Assembly: GCA_021731295.1 (NCBI GenBank)
Contig: JAKFXQ010000024.1
Location: forward strand, 1 to 53,553
DNA: 53,553 bases
From: Patescibacteria group bacterium
GTDB lineage: Bacteria; Patescibacteriota; Minisyncoccia; Phycocordibacterales; UBA2100
Direction of reading: 5' to 3'
Position numbers and translations under genes: made by a program. The notes under the pieces were generated by a model that did no database searches, was not told the origin of the DNA, and worked only from the letters and a program-made list of their open reading frames with translations. Below are positions 30,726 to 41,250 of this stretch, piece after piece (the first letter of the stretch is position 1; each line of letters begins with the position of its first letter).

Positions 30726-30824
30726 AGCAAAAAGGCCCCCTTTCGGGGGCCTTTTTGCGAAGAGTGCGGGGTCGAACCGCGACTAATCCTGATGATGCGA
30801 GACTTCCGAGCGGATACGCTCGAT
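30726..30824. repeat. 99-bp direct repeat, copy 2
   Basis: Identical to 29938-30036. Confidence 0.93.
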
Positions 30825-31475
30825 GGTGCGAGCCGCTGCCTCCTTGCCCCCGAGACCAAAGGCCAAACCGAAGGCGAGTGCTGCCGCTATAACGACGCCC
30901 GTGAAGAACGTCTGGATGAGGGCGCCAGCGACGCCGAGTTGAGTGAGGGCCGCGATAATCGCGAAGACCCAGATAGACCATTTAGCTACCGCGCCTGCGA
31001 GATTGGCTGAATGCACGCCCGCAGCCCGTGCCGAACCGACGACAATCTTCCGCACGATATCCGCGACAATCGCCGCGATAACGAGGAAGAGAACCGCAAC
31101 AATGACGCTCGGAATGTAGAGCAAGACCACGCCCTGGAGGAACGTGTTCACCTGCTGGAGACCCAAGACATCCAATGCTGCGACCAAGAAGACGATGATG
31201 ATGAACCACTTCACGAGCTCGCCCAGAAGGACGCCGACGTGCAGATGGTAGCCCGTATGCTTCACGACGTCATTGACGCCGGTTGCCTTGAGGGCATCAT
31301 CGACACGCAAAACCTGCACGACCTGCTCGACGATTTTCGAGAGAATCATGCCGGCAATCCAGCCGATGAGGAAGATGACAATCGCCGCGAGGATGTTCGG
31401 GACGAAAGCCACGATTGCGAACCACACATCTTGGAAGGATGCTTGGAGCACATTCGCTGATTGAGACACTATCAT
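30783..31475 (-). CDS. MscS-associated TM-helix repeat protein (CmpX-like)
   Basis: Repeated P.I.AA..I...G helices; ALAFGLAFGLGGKE. Confidence 0.88.
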   Translation of the reverse strand: MIVSQSANVLQASFQDVWFAIVAFVPNILAAIVIFLIGWIAGMILSKIVEQVVQVLRVDDALKATGVNDVVKHTGYHLHVGVLLGELVKWFIIIVFLVAALDVLGLQQVNTFLQGVVLLYIPSVIVAVLFLVIAAIVADIVRKIVVGSARAAGVHSANLAGAVAKWSIWVFAIIAALTQLGVAGALIQTFFTGVVIAAALAFGLAFGLGGKEAAARTIERIRSEVSHHQD

Positions 31476-31596
31476 AAGAACTAATGTGTTGTATTAAAGA
31501 CCCGTTATTAAAAGAGGTTCGACCCCTCGTATGCATGAATGATAGCACTCTCCCCTTTTCAGAGGCGCTTTCGCGTGGCTCTGTGTGGATAGTCAG

Positions 31597-32202
31597 CTAA
31601 AGTATTCCCGTACGGTCTACGAGGACACGATGGGGGAAATCAAGGACATCGCGCAGGAGGCGGTCCTGAACCGTGAGGCGGTAGCGAAATTCCGGCGTCG
31701 TGAGGAGCGCGTAGCGTATTTCACGACCGAACTTAGGCTCGAGCCCTCGGACGACACGTTCCAGTCTGCGCTGATTCATGTCCCCCGCAATGAGCAAATC
31801 TGCTGGACGTGTATGGTCCCCAACAAAGAGGCCCGAGAGAACCAAGGCGCTCACCTTCCCCGCCCCCTTGATGGCACGTTCGACTTCGAGGAACTGCGTC
31901 GGCGAAACTTCATGGACAAACGCGGCAAGCGCACGAGCGTTTTTCTGCTGAGCGTCCCACGACCACACCTCTTCCATCTTCTTTGATGGCTTCCCGTCCA
32001 TACGCACGAGCGCCCGCGTGCCCCTGTGCACAAGCTTCATCGCCGCAAGCGCACGCAGTTCCCTCTTCGCTATGGCGGTGCGAACACCGGCACGCTTCAC
32101 TAATGTGGCAACCGTGAGTTCGTCGAGCTCATTGACGACAAAGGCGCGTACTATCCGCGCCCGATACTGGTTTCCGAGAAATGTTGAGAAAAAATCTTGC
32201 AT
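31597..32202 (-). CDS. wHTH plus nucleotidyltransferase-like protein
   Basis: N-terminal HTH-like helices, SGLF...ADLLIAGD, REIRY..L...EF.YR; TACACT 6 nt before ATG. Confidence 0.75.
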   Translation of the reverse strand: MQDFFSTFLGNQYRARIVRAFVVNELDELTVATLVKRAGVRTAIAKRELRALAAMKLVHRGTRALVRMDGKPSKKMEEVWSWDAQQKNARALAAFVHEVSPTQFLEVERAIKGAGKVSALVLSGLFVGDHTRPADLLIAGDMNQRRLERVVRGLEPKFGREIRYALLTTPEFRYRLTVQDRLLRDVLDFPHRVLVDRTGIL

Positions 32203-32321
32203 ACGTGCAGTGTAGCACGCGACCTCTTTCTCACTCTCGAGCAAATCGCGTGTGGACAAGCATCAGGACACAAAAAGAAAACTGCCGCGAGTGCGGCAGT
32301 TTTCTGTGCGTGGGGCGCGTG

Positions 32322-32678
32322 TTACTTGAGCGTAACCTTGCCACCAGCTGCTTCGATTTTCGCCTTCAACTCCTCTGCACCTGCCTTGTCCATGTCTTCC
32401 TTGAGAACCTTTGGAGCCGAGTCCACGAAGCCCTTTGCTTCGGCGAGACCAAGCGCGAGTGCTTCCTTGATAACCTTGATGACGGCAACCTTCTGCTCGC
32501 CCGCTGCAGTCAGCTCGACGGTGAACGAGGTCTTCTCGTCTGCCGCTGCGGCTGCTGGGCCTGCGACAGCAACTGCTGCTGCAGAAACTCCCCACTTCTC
32601 TTCGATGGCCTTCACGAGCGTGTTCAACTCGAGAATGGTCATCTTCTCAACTGCCTCAATGATTTGATCCTGTGTCAT
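32322..32678 (-). CDS. rplL: 50S ribosomal protein bL12 (L7/L12)
   Basis: [28 protein letters not shown]. Confidence 0.98.
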   Translation of the reverse strand: MTQDQIIEAVEKMTILELNTLVKAIEEKWGVSAAAVAVAGPAAAAADEKTSFTVELTAAGEQKVAVIKVIKEALALGLAEAKGFVDSAPKVLKEDMDKAGAEELKAKIEAAGGKVTLK

Positions 32679-32701
32679 ACGGTACTGTAATGAATGATTG
32701 A

Positions 32702-33196
32702 TTAATTCTTCGTCTTTGCGACTTCGCTCAACACGATCGCGAAGCGCGAGCGCGGTGAGTTAATGACGTTTGCGAACATGCCACGCAATGCATCCAATGA
32801 AGGAATGGTTGCGATTTCGCGCATGCCTGCCTGACTCACGAGCTTCCCCTCAAAGATGCCTCCGAGGATGGAGAGCTTGTCCTTAAAGGACGCGCCGAAC
32901 TGATGCACCAAGCGTGCTGCCGCGGTGGCATCATCGCCGCCGCCATAGGCGAGGGCAACTTCACCGGGCATCTCCGCTTCTTTCGAAGCAAGCCCGAGAT
33001 TCTCGAGCGCGCGACGGATGAGTGTCTTCTTCACCACTGTGTAGCGAACATTCTCTGCTCGTAGAGCGCGACGCATCGCCGTTTCATCAGCGACGTTCAT
33101 GCCCTTGAAGCCGACGAAGACCGTTGACGTCGCGGACGTGAGTGCGTCAGTCAATTCCTTAACCAGCGCAATCTTCTGATCCTTTGTTTGTTTCAT
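32702..33196 (-). CDS. rplJ: 50S ribosomal protein uL10
   Basis: FKGMNV...MRR.LR, VVKKTL, GGIFEG, IATIPS. Confidence 0.96.
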   Translation of the reverse strand: MKQTKDQKIALVKELTDALTSATSTVFVGFKGMNVADETAMRRALRAENVRYTVVKKTLIRRALENLGLASKEAEMPGEVALAYGGGDDATAAARLVHQFGASFKDKLSILGGIFEGKLVSQAGMREIATIPSLDALRGMFANVINSPRSRFAIVLSEVAKTKN

Positions 33197-33201
33197 GAAC
33201 G

Positions 33202-33305
33202 AAAAAGACCTAGTTACTAATCTAGGCCCTCCCTACGGAGTGGTTCGACCTCGGCAGGCGTCTTTCGACTTACTCCCTCTCGGGAACCCGCTGTCTCTGG
33301 CCTAG
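33202..33305 (-). promoter_or_regulatory. L10 leader RNA with attenuator
   Basis: AGAGACAGCGGG...UAAG...CCUGCCGAGG matches the L10-leader pattern; terminator GGCCUAG..CUAGGUC-UUUUU; 5' CUAGGCC can sequester the terminator. Confidence 0.8.
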
Positions 33306-33337
33306 TCGGCGCATCATTACATGCGCGCCTGTACGCG

Positions 33338-33496
33338 TCAATCCGAGCGCAACATCGCCTCTAATGCGGCCGCTGTCTGGGCCTCTTTTGCCTCTTTTTC
33401 TTCAGCGAGAGAAACGAGATAGGTGACACCAAAACTCACGGAGATGAACACCGTGAAGCCTGCGACGAATTTGAGAAATGACTCAAGCGGAGCCAT
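33338..33496 (-). CDS. Small single-TM protein (52 aa, MAPLESFLKFVAG...; not in ORF track)
   Basis: TM helix plus charged helical tail; TAGAAT 8 nt upstream of ATG. Confidence 0.65.
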   Translation of the reverse strand: MAPLESFLKFVAGFTVFISVSFGVTYLVSLAEEKEAKEAQTAAALEAMLRSD

Positions 33497-33517
33497 GCCT
33501 CACTATTCTAGCACCAG

Positions 33518-35737
33518 CTATTCGAGGGCAGCCTCAAAGGCGGCCATAAATGCGGGGTCAGTCTCATATAGACCCGGGGCTTCGGCCTGAATGACGGAAA
33601 CGTGTTCCGCGGCAGCCTCGACGTTGCCGAGTATGAATTCGGCCTTCGCCAAATCGTACATCGCATAGTAGTCAACCGGCTCGGCTTCAGCGACGACGTC
33701 CGCTAGAAACCGACTCGCATTCTCCCAGTCTTCGATAAGCACGTAGTACCGCGCAGCACGTCGCGCAGTGTTCTCATCTCGCCGACTGTAGCGTTCAAGC
33801 CCAGCGTCCGCCGCCTCCGCCGCTTTCTGTGCATTACCGAGCGTCAGGTACAGTGTGGCAATCACAAATCGTGGTTCTGCGGATGCTGGTACGAGTGCCG
33901 AATATTCCTCCAGTGTCTCGATGCCCTCGCGATAGTACGTCAACCGACCTGCGTCTTCTGGAGGCAGTACGTCGCCTGCACGAATGGCGATGTTCGTCTT
34001 GATGTACCACGGTTGAATGCGCTTTGGAGACAATTCGAGCGCGTGCTCCACCACTTCTTTCACTCGCGCCTCGTCGCGTGCCTCAATGGGCGCAGAGTCC
34101 AAGACGTGCGAAAGATACGTTGCCGTGCGCGCATCGTACGGATATTTGGCGAGGTTTGTCTCGAGCGTATCGCGCGCAAACTGGTACGCCTTCATGCGCT
34201 CCGCACCTTGGAGCATCGTCATCTGTCGCTCGGTATACATTTCATACAGTTGATACCCGTATTCCAAATCTGCATAGGTACCGAGTTCGAGTCCTTGCTT
34301 CATGGCGGTGACCGATCGATTCACATCGGCGACGTGATAGATGTATCCACTCCCGAGAAGGAGATTAGCGTGGAGCGGCTTCCACACGACGGGAATGACG
34401 AGGATTGCTAAGAGGACACCGGCAATCACCGGCACATGGTGCGGGACAGGCTGTATGAGGGCTGTGGACTTTTCGTTCCCAACGAAAAGCACCGCAAGGA
34501 GCGCGAAGAAGAGCCAGAGCGACGAGATAGTATCGAAGACGAAGAAGTTTTGCGCCATGTAGACGATGAGCATCAAGAGGAATAGTTCCCCCATCCGCAC
34601 GCTTGCGGCGTCGCTACTGCGCATGAGCGCAACCGAGCGCAGTGCAAAGCTCAAGAGAATCGCGAGATACAGACCAAGTCCAATCGCGCCATACTGGACG
34701 AAGTAGTCGAGGTACACATTGTGCGCACGGTCGAACCATTGCTCGACCAGCGCTGTCGGGTCGTAGACGCGATTGAAAATGACTTCGATGTTCTCCGCTC
34801 CGGTCCCCAGTATCGGCGTCTCAAGCGCAGCCGCACCAACATTCTCCCAGAGGAAGAGGCGGCTTTCGACGGTCGCATCAGTGAGCGAAATCGTAGCGAC
34901 GCGGCGTACGACCTCGATAGGAGCCTGCGCGAACTGCTCACGGAACATGAGAAAGATTCCTCCCGCGACAATGAGTGCGATGAGCCCGTAACGCGCATAG
35001 GTGCGCGTCTTTCCACTCCCCTTCCAGGCGACGTAGAGTAATGACAACACAAGGCCGAGACCAAGTGCTAAGACAGCGCCACGAGTCGCGCTCGCAATGA
35101 CGGCGAGGAATTGTGCCGCGGCGGAATAGTACGCGCGGTTTTGCCACGGCGCTCGCACGCGCGCCGCCACAACCAGCGTTACAAAAAGCGTGAGACTAAG
35201 ATAACTCGCGAGAAATGCGGCGTTGCCCAGAGTCGAGCCAATGCGACCCTGCGTGAGCGGGAGCGGCAGGTTTATGCCGCTCGCAATTTCAATCCACTGC
35301 AAGAGCGCGAAGCCCGCGACAATTGTCCCAGTCCATGCAACCGATTTAAGAAAGCGCGTCACCATCTGCTCATCGAGCGCGAGGAGGAGAAGGTAGAACG
35401 ACGCGACAATGCCCGAGAGGGTGAGGAGTCCATCGCCACGATCGAACACCGACCAGAAGCTGTGGTAGAAATCAACGCCAAAGATAGATGACGCGTACGC
35501 AGATATGAGGAGGAGCGCTGGAAGCCACGTCCAGCGATTCTTAAGCCGTTCGACATGGAACGCGACACCAGAGAGTATGAGCGTCGCAAATGCCGCGAAC
35601 GCGAGAATAATTGCCGCACGAAAAAAAAGTGTCTTTGGCGCGAGGTACGGATAGTACATCCCGTCGAGGAAGAGGAGTGGTGCAATAGCGGGCGCGAGAA
35701 GAAGCGTCGGAAACCAGCGCTCGAGACTGCGCATCAT
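33518..35737 (-). CDS. O-antigen ligase/O-oligosaccharyltransferase-like protein with C-terminal TPRs
   Basis: R..STLGNA.FLA, TRGA, R..LW, GTG, DRAHN.YLD...GAIG; TPR-like C-terminus. Confidence 0.88.
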   Translation of the reverse strand: MMRSLERWFPTLLLAPAIAPLLFLDGMYYPYLAPKTLFFRAAIILAFAAFATLILSGVAFHVERLKNRWTWLPALLLISAYASSIFGVDFYHSFWSVFDRGDGLLTLSGIVASFYLLLLALDEQMVTRFLKSVAWTGTIVAGFALLQWIEIASGINLPLPLTQGRIGSTLGNAAFLASYLSLTLFVTLVVAARVRAPWQNRAYYSAAAQFLAVIASATRGAVLALGLGLVLSLLYVAWKGSGKTRTYARYGLIALIVAGGIFLMFREQFAQAPIEVVRRVATISLTDATVESRLFLWENVGAAALETPILGTGAENIEVIFNRVYDPTALVEQWFDRAHNVYLDYFVQYGAIGLGLYLAILLSFALRSVALMRSSDAASVRMGELFLLMLIVYMAQNFFVFDTISSLWLFFALLAVLFVGNEKSTALIQPVPHHVPVIAGVLLAILVIPVVWKPLHANLLLGSGYIYHVADVNRSVTAMKQGLELGTYADLEYGYQLYEMYTERQMTMLQGAERMKAYQFARDTLETNLAKYPYDARTATYLSHVLDSAPIEARDEARVKEVVEHALELSPKRIQPWYIKTNIAIRAGDVLPPEDAGRLTYYREGIETLEEYSALVPASAEPRFVIATLYLTLGNAQKAAEAADAGLERYSRRDENTARRAARYYVLIEDWENASRFLADVVAEAEPVDYYAMYDLAKAEFILGNVEAAAEHVSVIQAEAPGLYETDPAFMAAFEAALE

Positions 35738-36429
35738 ATCTTTGCGCGCAATCGCGCAATTTCGGCATCAATATCCCGTAGCCTATCTTCTGGCGCACCC
35801 GCTTTCATTTTCTCCCATTCCGCTATAGCGTCTTCGAACGCGCCTGTTTGCGTGTAGTATTGCGCTCGTATTTGGAAGACGAACGTGTCATCGTCAAATT
35901 GCGCCTCTGCCCTGTCGAGTGCTGACGTGATAGCAAGTGCATCATCATCGAAACGACTCATGAGGAAATTGATGTAGGCAGAATGATACGCATCAATGTG
36001 CGGCTGTGCATCCACCGCGCGTGCGTATGCTTGGCGCGCAGAATGTTTTGCACCAAGTCGGTCCATGAGAGTGCCAAGATTGTGCCACGCGAGACCGGTC
36101 GTTGTACTGTCTATCGCAAGCGCCTTCTGAAGCTCCGCGTACGCTGCTTCGCCGTCGCCAAGGAGGAGATATTGATTTGAGAGGCCTACATACACTTGAT
36201 AGTCCGGCGGCTCGGTCGCGTCATCGGCAAGATGCTCATTCAAGCGAGTCATCTCGTCGCGAACACGCTGTTCTAATTCCCCGCCATCCTTGTATGCGCT
36301 TTGCACTTCCCAGTTTGAAATCGAATCTTGGGCATCAATGGTAAATACCACTTCCGGCTGTAATGAATACCAGTAGTACCCCGCCCCGAGGACTGCGACC
36401 AGTGCGACTGCATATATGTATCTCTGCAT
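35734..36429 (-). CDS. Membrane-anchored TPR protein
   Basis: N-terminal TM; AWHNLG...A...Y.RA repeats. Confidence 0.85.
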   Translation of the reverse strand: MQRYIYAVALVAVLGAGYYWYSLQPEVVFTIDAQDSISNWEVQSAYKDGGELEQRVRDEMTRLNEHLADDATEPPDYQVYVGLSNQYLLLGDGEAAYAELQKALAIDSTTTGLAWHNLGTLMDRLGAKHSARQAYARAVDAQPHIDAYHSAYINFLMSRFDDDALAITSALDRAEAQFDDDTFVFQIRAQYYTQTGAFEDAIAEWEKMKAGAPEDRLRDIDAEIARLRAKI

Positions 36430-36454
36430 CGCTCTATCCTACCTAGGATGTCAC

Positions 36455-36490
36455 AAAAGCAAAACCCCCGGTTGCCCGGGGGTTTGCTTG
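36455..36490 (-). terminator. Terminator of large surface-protein gene
   Basis: CCCCCGG/CCGGGGG stem with U tract on the minus strand. Confidence 0.8.
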
Positions 36491-36536
36491 TGCTAGCTCG
36501 TTCTCCGCTAGCCAGAGTGATTCGAGAGAATCAGGA

Positions 36537-39500
36537 CTACGGAGTACAGGTCGTCTGAGTGCCGTACTGACACTGGCGGGTGTCGTTGTCGACATCCTTG
36601 ACGAGGTAACCGTTGGTCCAGTCAGCCGTTGTCGTGGTGTGGCTGGTCGCAGAGCGATCAGACCAGACCATGTTGTCGCCTGCATGCAACGTAGAAGCTG
36701 CAGCATTGGCAACGACATCGGTGTCTTCAGCGAACGAGATGGTGATCTGGTCACCAGAACCACCCCAGTTCGCGACAGTCGCAGCGCGGAGTTCGTAGGT
36801 CTTGGAAGATCCCGAACCAACCTGCTGTGTCTCACCGATTGCACAGGACGTATCCGGGCAGATCGAGAGATTGCCAGCTGGAGCTTCTGCAACAGTCGTG
36901 TTGACTGCAACAGCCGTGCCAGTGACATCGTAGAGCGTGAAGCCCGTGAACTCGGCTCCAGTCGTAGCGATGGAGAACGAGATCTCGCGCCAGTCGATAG
37001 CACCTGCCGCGTCAGCCGTGACGGTGAAGCGGAAGAGGCCGATACCCGATGCAACCGTGTTCGAGGTGTAACCCGTCGAGAGGCGTGCAAGGGTTGGGAC
37101 TGACTTCTTCACGTACTTCGTGCCGTAGCCGCCCGAAGAGTTCGAGGAGACGTCAGCAGCAGCAAGTACAGTGTCGGACGTACCCGCTGCGTCGATGGCC
37201 TTGAAGCCTTCGCCTGCATCGAGTGAGACCGTGATACCTACACCAGACTTCGAGCCCGAAGTGGTCGTCGGGATGTCGACGTAGACGTCGAGATCAGCCG
37301 AGTCATTCAACGGAACGTAGAAGCTGAGGCCAGTGAACGTCGCCGTAGCATCGTTCTGACTGGTCGACGGAAGCGAGAGTGCCTGTGTGGCAGTCTGCTC
37401 CACGCCTGCCGAGTTCTTGTACTTCAAGACTACGCTCGAGACAGACGTTGCTGCGTCGGACGGAATCTTCACCTTGACCTCCTGCACAGTGTATGCGGAG
37501 TTCGCGGCGTCGAAGTTGAACTTACCAACATGGACCTGGGTCGAACCTGCAATCACGTTCGAGTTCACAGGCGTACCTGCGTCACGAGTGACCGTAAGCG
37601 TACCCGAGCCAATGGTGATGGTCTGGAGCGATGCGTCGCTGCCGATGGTGACAGACTGACCAGTCGAAGCGCCCGTACCGCCGGAGCTTGCATCAAGTGT
37701 GATGCCGCCACCGAGCGTACCTGCGCCCGCGCTGGACTGAACGTTCGCGTACACATCGATGGTCTTCGTCTGTGAAGCGGTCATCGCGATGTTCGTAGAG
37801 AACGTGTTGCCCTGCGAGACCGAGGTCTTCGCAGAACCAATCTGCTGGCCGTTCGCATTATCAACGAGGCGAAGGTCAGTGAGGGTTGAGGTCACTGCTG
37901 CCGAGAAGTCGATAATGATGGTGTTCACATTCACACCTTCCGTTGAACCGGTTGAGAGCGTGAAGGAACCGATGCGTGCGTTCTGCGCGCCTGCGACAAT
38001 CGTCTGATTGCCGTAACCGGAGAACTTAGTACCCGTGAGGGATGACGAGGAAACCGTAAGAGTGTTTGAATCAACACCATCCGTGATGGATGCGCCGATG
38101 TCGGAGCTCAAGCGGTCGCCAGAGCTGATACCCTCCGTGTTGTCGTTGTCAATGTAGACCTCAACGAGAACCGTTGTGCCGTCTGCGTAGTTGGTGCCTG
38201 CAGTCGTCTTAGCATCACCGTAGATTTCAACGACGTGCGTAGTGCCCGCCTTGAGAATCATGGATGAACCGAGAGAAACTGAAGTACCTGCATCTGCGAC
38301 GTCAACGGTCGAGCCGACCTGGACGCCATCGAGCATGATACGGACGTTGTCCATACCAGTGTTAGCGGCCTGATCAACATCGAGACCGAGCTCCTCAATC
38401 TTCAGGCTGTCGCCCGAAGCGCGGAACTCGAACTTGCCCCAGAGAACGTTAGTTCCTGCGACAGAGACGTTCGACGTTGGCGACGATGCCGCGCGGACGA
38501 CCGAGAGGCCGACGCCTTCGACAGTGTTCGCCGTGTTCGCACCATGTGTTGATGGCGAGAGCGGCTGGTTCAATTCAGAGTCGACGAGATTGATGTCGAT
38601 GCCACGGCGAACTTCGAAGTCGAAGGTTTCACCAGAGCCACCGACGATGTCAGCGACGAGTTTGATTTCGTTGCCTCCAGTTTCAAGCTTGAGTGGGTTG
38701 GACGAAAGATCGAAGACGATCTTGTCGTTCATGAGCATGCCAGCGGAGCCGACCTGCGTTCCCTTAACGTACAAGCGGATGTTCTGGAAGTCAGAGTCCT
38801 GAGTAGAACCGCGGTTCTCGAACTGGACCGACTGCAACCACACTGCGCGGTTTGAAACCGTAAGCGTGGAGAGGAAGACGGTCGTGTCGGAAGACGGAGC
38901 GAACTCAGCGCCAGATGGCGAGACCGCGCCCCACGAGACAGAAGCGATAGATGCAGACGAGATTGTCTGGATACCGCCCATGACTGGGAAGACGACGGAC
39001 GAATCAAGGACGCCCGAGGTGCCGACGGAGACGAGCGATGCGCCGACCTGCTGGCCGTTCGCTGCACTGTCGATGTCTGCACGCACGGAGACCGTGATTG
39101 AGCCACCTGCTGGGACCTTGAAGAGTCCCTGCGGGTTGTTGAAGCTGAACGCCGAGCCCGAGATGCCTGCAGAGTCGGTCAAGCGCATAACCCCTTGGTA
39201 GAGGTACACGTTGTCGATAGCAGAGTCAGTCGAGGCGCCGATGCGGTTGAAGCCGACGCTCGTGACGATCATCTCAGCACCCGTTGGGTTAGAGAAGGTG
39301 TAGCGAGCGAGTTCAGCAATACCCTGGCCCTGGACCAATGCGACGTTGTTCGGGGAACCAGCTGCGAGCATGACCTTGAGGCCGTTGCCCGTGACCGGAG
39401 TACCCGTGCCGCCACCACCGGTGGTCGGGACGCACATCGCGTTGGCCTTCGCGCGGGAGATAGGGCCCCAGTAACCAGCCGTCGGCGAGATGCCGTTTGC

Positions 39501-39869
39501 AGCCTGGAACTTGGAAACTGCAGCACGCGTGAGCGCACCGAAGTAAGCCGTCTCATTACCCGGCGAACCAGCGCCGGAAGCGGCGATCTGGTAGCCATTC
39601 TTATTAAGGAACTGCTGAATCCACATGACCTCACCACCCTCATCACCTTGTTCGTGATTCATGGTGAAGGTGTTGCAGGATCCGCCAGTGGTTGTACCAC
39701 CGCCGACCTGGCCCTGGAGTGCAGCAATCTGTGCGAGCAATGAATTGATCATCGTCTGGAGGTCAGAAATCGTCTGCGCCTTTGCCGGAGTGGCGAGCGC
39801 GAACGAACCGACGAGCACCATGGCGACGCCAAGCGTCACTGCCGCAATGTTCTTTGTTGTTAAACTCAT
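36537..39869 (-). CDS. Large secreted S-layer-like protein with peptidoglycan-binding domain
   Basis: Signal peptide (AKA|Q), coiled coil, IQQFLN...GSPGNET.YFG.LT..AV..FQ PG-binding motif, Ser/Thr/Gly-rich beta repeats. Confidence 0.85.
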   Translation of the reverse strand: MSLTTKNIAAVTLGVAMVLVGSFALATPAKAQTISDLQTMINSLLAQIAALQGQVGGGTTTGGSCNTFTMNHEQGDEGGEVMWIQQFLNKNGYQIAASGAGSPGNETAYFGALTRAAVSKFQAANGISPTAGYWGPISRAKANAMCVPTTGGGGTGTPVTGNGLKVMLAAGSPNNVALVQGQGIAELARYTFSNPTGAEMIVTSVGFNRIGASTDSAIDNVYLYQGVMRLTDSAGISGSAFSFNNPQGLFKVPAGGSITVSVRADIDSAANGQQVGASLVSVGTSGVLDSSVVFPVMGGIQTISSASIASVSWGAVSPSGAEFAPSSDTTVFLSTLTVSNRAVWLQSVQFENRGSTQDSDFQNIRLYVKGTQVGSAGMLMNDKIVFDLSSNPLKLETGGNEIKLVADIVGGSGETFDFEVRRGIDINLVDSELNQPLSPSTHGANTANTVEGVGLSVVRAASSPTSNVSVAGTNVLWGKFEFRASGDSLKIEELGLDVDQAANTGMDNVRIMLDGVQVGSTVDVADAGTSVSLGSSMILKAGTTHVVEIYGDAKTTAGTNYADGTTVLVEVYIDNDNTEGISSGDRLSSDIGASITDGVDSNTLTVSSSSLTGTKFSGYGNQTIVAGAQNARIGSFTLSTGSTEGVNVNTIIIDFSAAVTSTLTDLRLVDNANGQQIGSAKTSVSQGNTFSTNIAMTASQTKTIDVYANVQSSAGAGTLGGGITLDASSGGTGASTGQSVTIGSDASLQTITIGSGTLTVTRDAGTPVNSNVIAGSTQVHVGKFNFDAANSAYTVQEVKVKIPSDAATSVSSVVLKYKNSAGVEQTATQALSLPSTSQNDATATFTGLSFYVPLNDSADLDVYVDIPTTTSGSKSGVGITVSLDAGEGFKAIDAAGTSDTVLAAADVSSNSSGGYGTKYVKKSVPTLARLSTGYTSNTVASGIGLFRFTVTADAAGAIDWREISFSIATTGAEFTGFTLYDVTGTAVAVNTTVAEAPAGNLSICPDTSCAIGETQQVGSGSSKTYELRAATVANWGGSGDQITISFAEDTDVVANAAASTLHAGDNMVWSDRSATSHTTTTADWTNGYLVKDVDNDTRQCQYGTQTTCTP

Positions 39870-40464
39870 ATTTTATTGTTGACCTTTCATCTGCGCATCA
39901 GTTTTTCTGAAGGCAGATGCGTGTTCGTGACATTTCGACGACGTCACGTGCACTTGCTGACCCGCGTGTGCGAGCCAACTAATAATGTGCTAATCCTCGC
40001 TCGCATTACTGTTAATGGAGAGCGCGGAAGTAGCAGCAGGATAGACGTCTGACATGCAGTCATTCTTTCGTAACCGGACAGTGCTTCCGTTTCAGTATCC
40101 GCCACACACCTCTTAGATGTATGACGCATGAGTGCCGCATTTATTTCAGCGGCTAGATTCCACTATGTAGTTATCAAAGACCAACGCGGTCAAACCGCGA
40201 TAAAACTCCCTTACGGGAGATACACAGAAGTATATATGCCAGGGGCCTGAATACCCTCTAGTGCATAGAGCACTTTTGTGGATAACCAGAGGACAACTCC
40301 ACGCCGAAAAAGCGTAGAATTCGCCCAAGGTTATCAATGCGAGAATAGCTCTATAAGAGGGTGCAGTCAATCAAATATACGCTTTGGATGGGCGACGAGG
40401 CTCTGTCAAGATGCGTCTGAAGCGGCCGTTTGGGGGCGTACAAAGGGCTACTCCACAACGGCCT

Positions 40465-41250
40465 CTAGCGGATAAAACCATACCGACTCCATCGTTTGGC
40501 TCCGACTTTATTCACCCTACCCTCCGCGACCAAGTCTGCAAGCTCCCGCTGAATCATTTTTTCGCTGTATTCCGGCATATTTACCGCAATGTCCTTTATG
40601 CCGAGTAAGTCGGACGTCCGCAAAAGGCCTACAATTCGGTCCCCTCTCGATTCGGTGACCTCTGTCTGTCCTTTAGGGGCAGGCCTGTCCTTTATGGACC
40701 TCTGTGGGCTCTTGCGCTGCCGTTGCGTGCTCTGCATTGTAGGGACTAGGTCGTCATAGGCGAGTACATGGAACTCCGAGAGGCTGGAGCGTTGGGCACT
40801 CGAAAGGAGGTGCCCCATCTCATCGAGCGCCGTGACAAGGAGTGTGGTGTTCGGAAGGGACACGTATCCGGCAACACCCAGAAGTCTGACTTCTGAAATG
40901 AGCCGCCGTATCGCGGCAACCAGAACTTCCCCTTCGTGAGATTCCTCTGAACGGAGCGAGATACGGACGGCCAGTGCCAGCTCTATGAGACGCAGGGCAC
41001 CCTCACGAACGGACGTCCTTAAACGTTCAAGGTCAGGGACATGTGATGTAACAAGGAAAAGAGCCGCAGCAATTCGCTCGGCTCTCTTGTATATTTGCTC
41101 GGCCGTTAGACTTTGTTCGAACGGGTTTGTTCGTAACGACTGATTGTCTATGTACTTTACTATGTCTGATTTACTTGTCTGGTGTGTGTCTTTTAGATTG
41201 CCAGTCGCGTTGGTGTTTTTCTGCGTGTCCGTATTATCGAATCCGGGCAT
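40465..41250 (-). CDS. Hypothetical protein with helical N-domain and C-terminal wHTH
   Basis: IKDI...SEKMIQREL..LV..G.V.K.G.KRWSRY. Confidence 0.8.
   Translation of the reverse strand: MPGFDNTDTQKNTNATGNLKDTHQTSKSDIVKYIDNQSLRTNPFEQSLTAEQIYKRAERIAAALFLVTSHVPDLERLRTSVREGALRLIELALAVRISLRSEESHEGEVLVAAIRRLISEVRLLGVAGYVSLPNTTLLVTALDEMGHLLSSAQRSSLSEFHVLAYDDLVPTMQSTQRQRKSPQRSIKDRPAPKGQTEVTESRGDRIVGLLRTSDLLGIKDIAVNMPEYSEKMIQRELADLVAEGRVNKVGAKRWSRYGFIR

Noticed and set aside
29938-30824. CRISPR or integron attC interpretation of the repeats
   Set aside because: Only two 99-bp copies, derived from a gene end; no cas or integrase gene and no attC pattern seen
40150-40460. Possible oriC (TGTGGATAA near 40277)
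   Set aside because: Only one perfect DnaA box, no cluster and no dnaA/dnaN nearby
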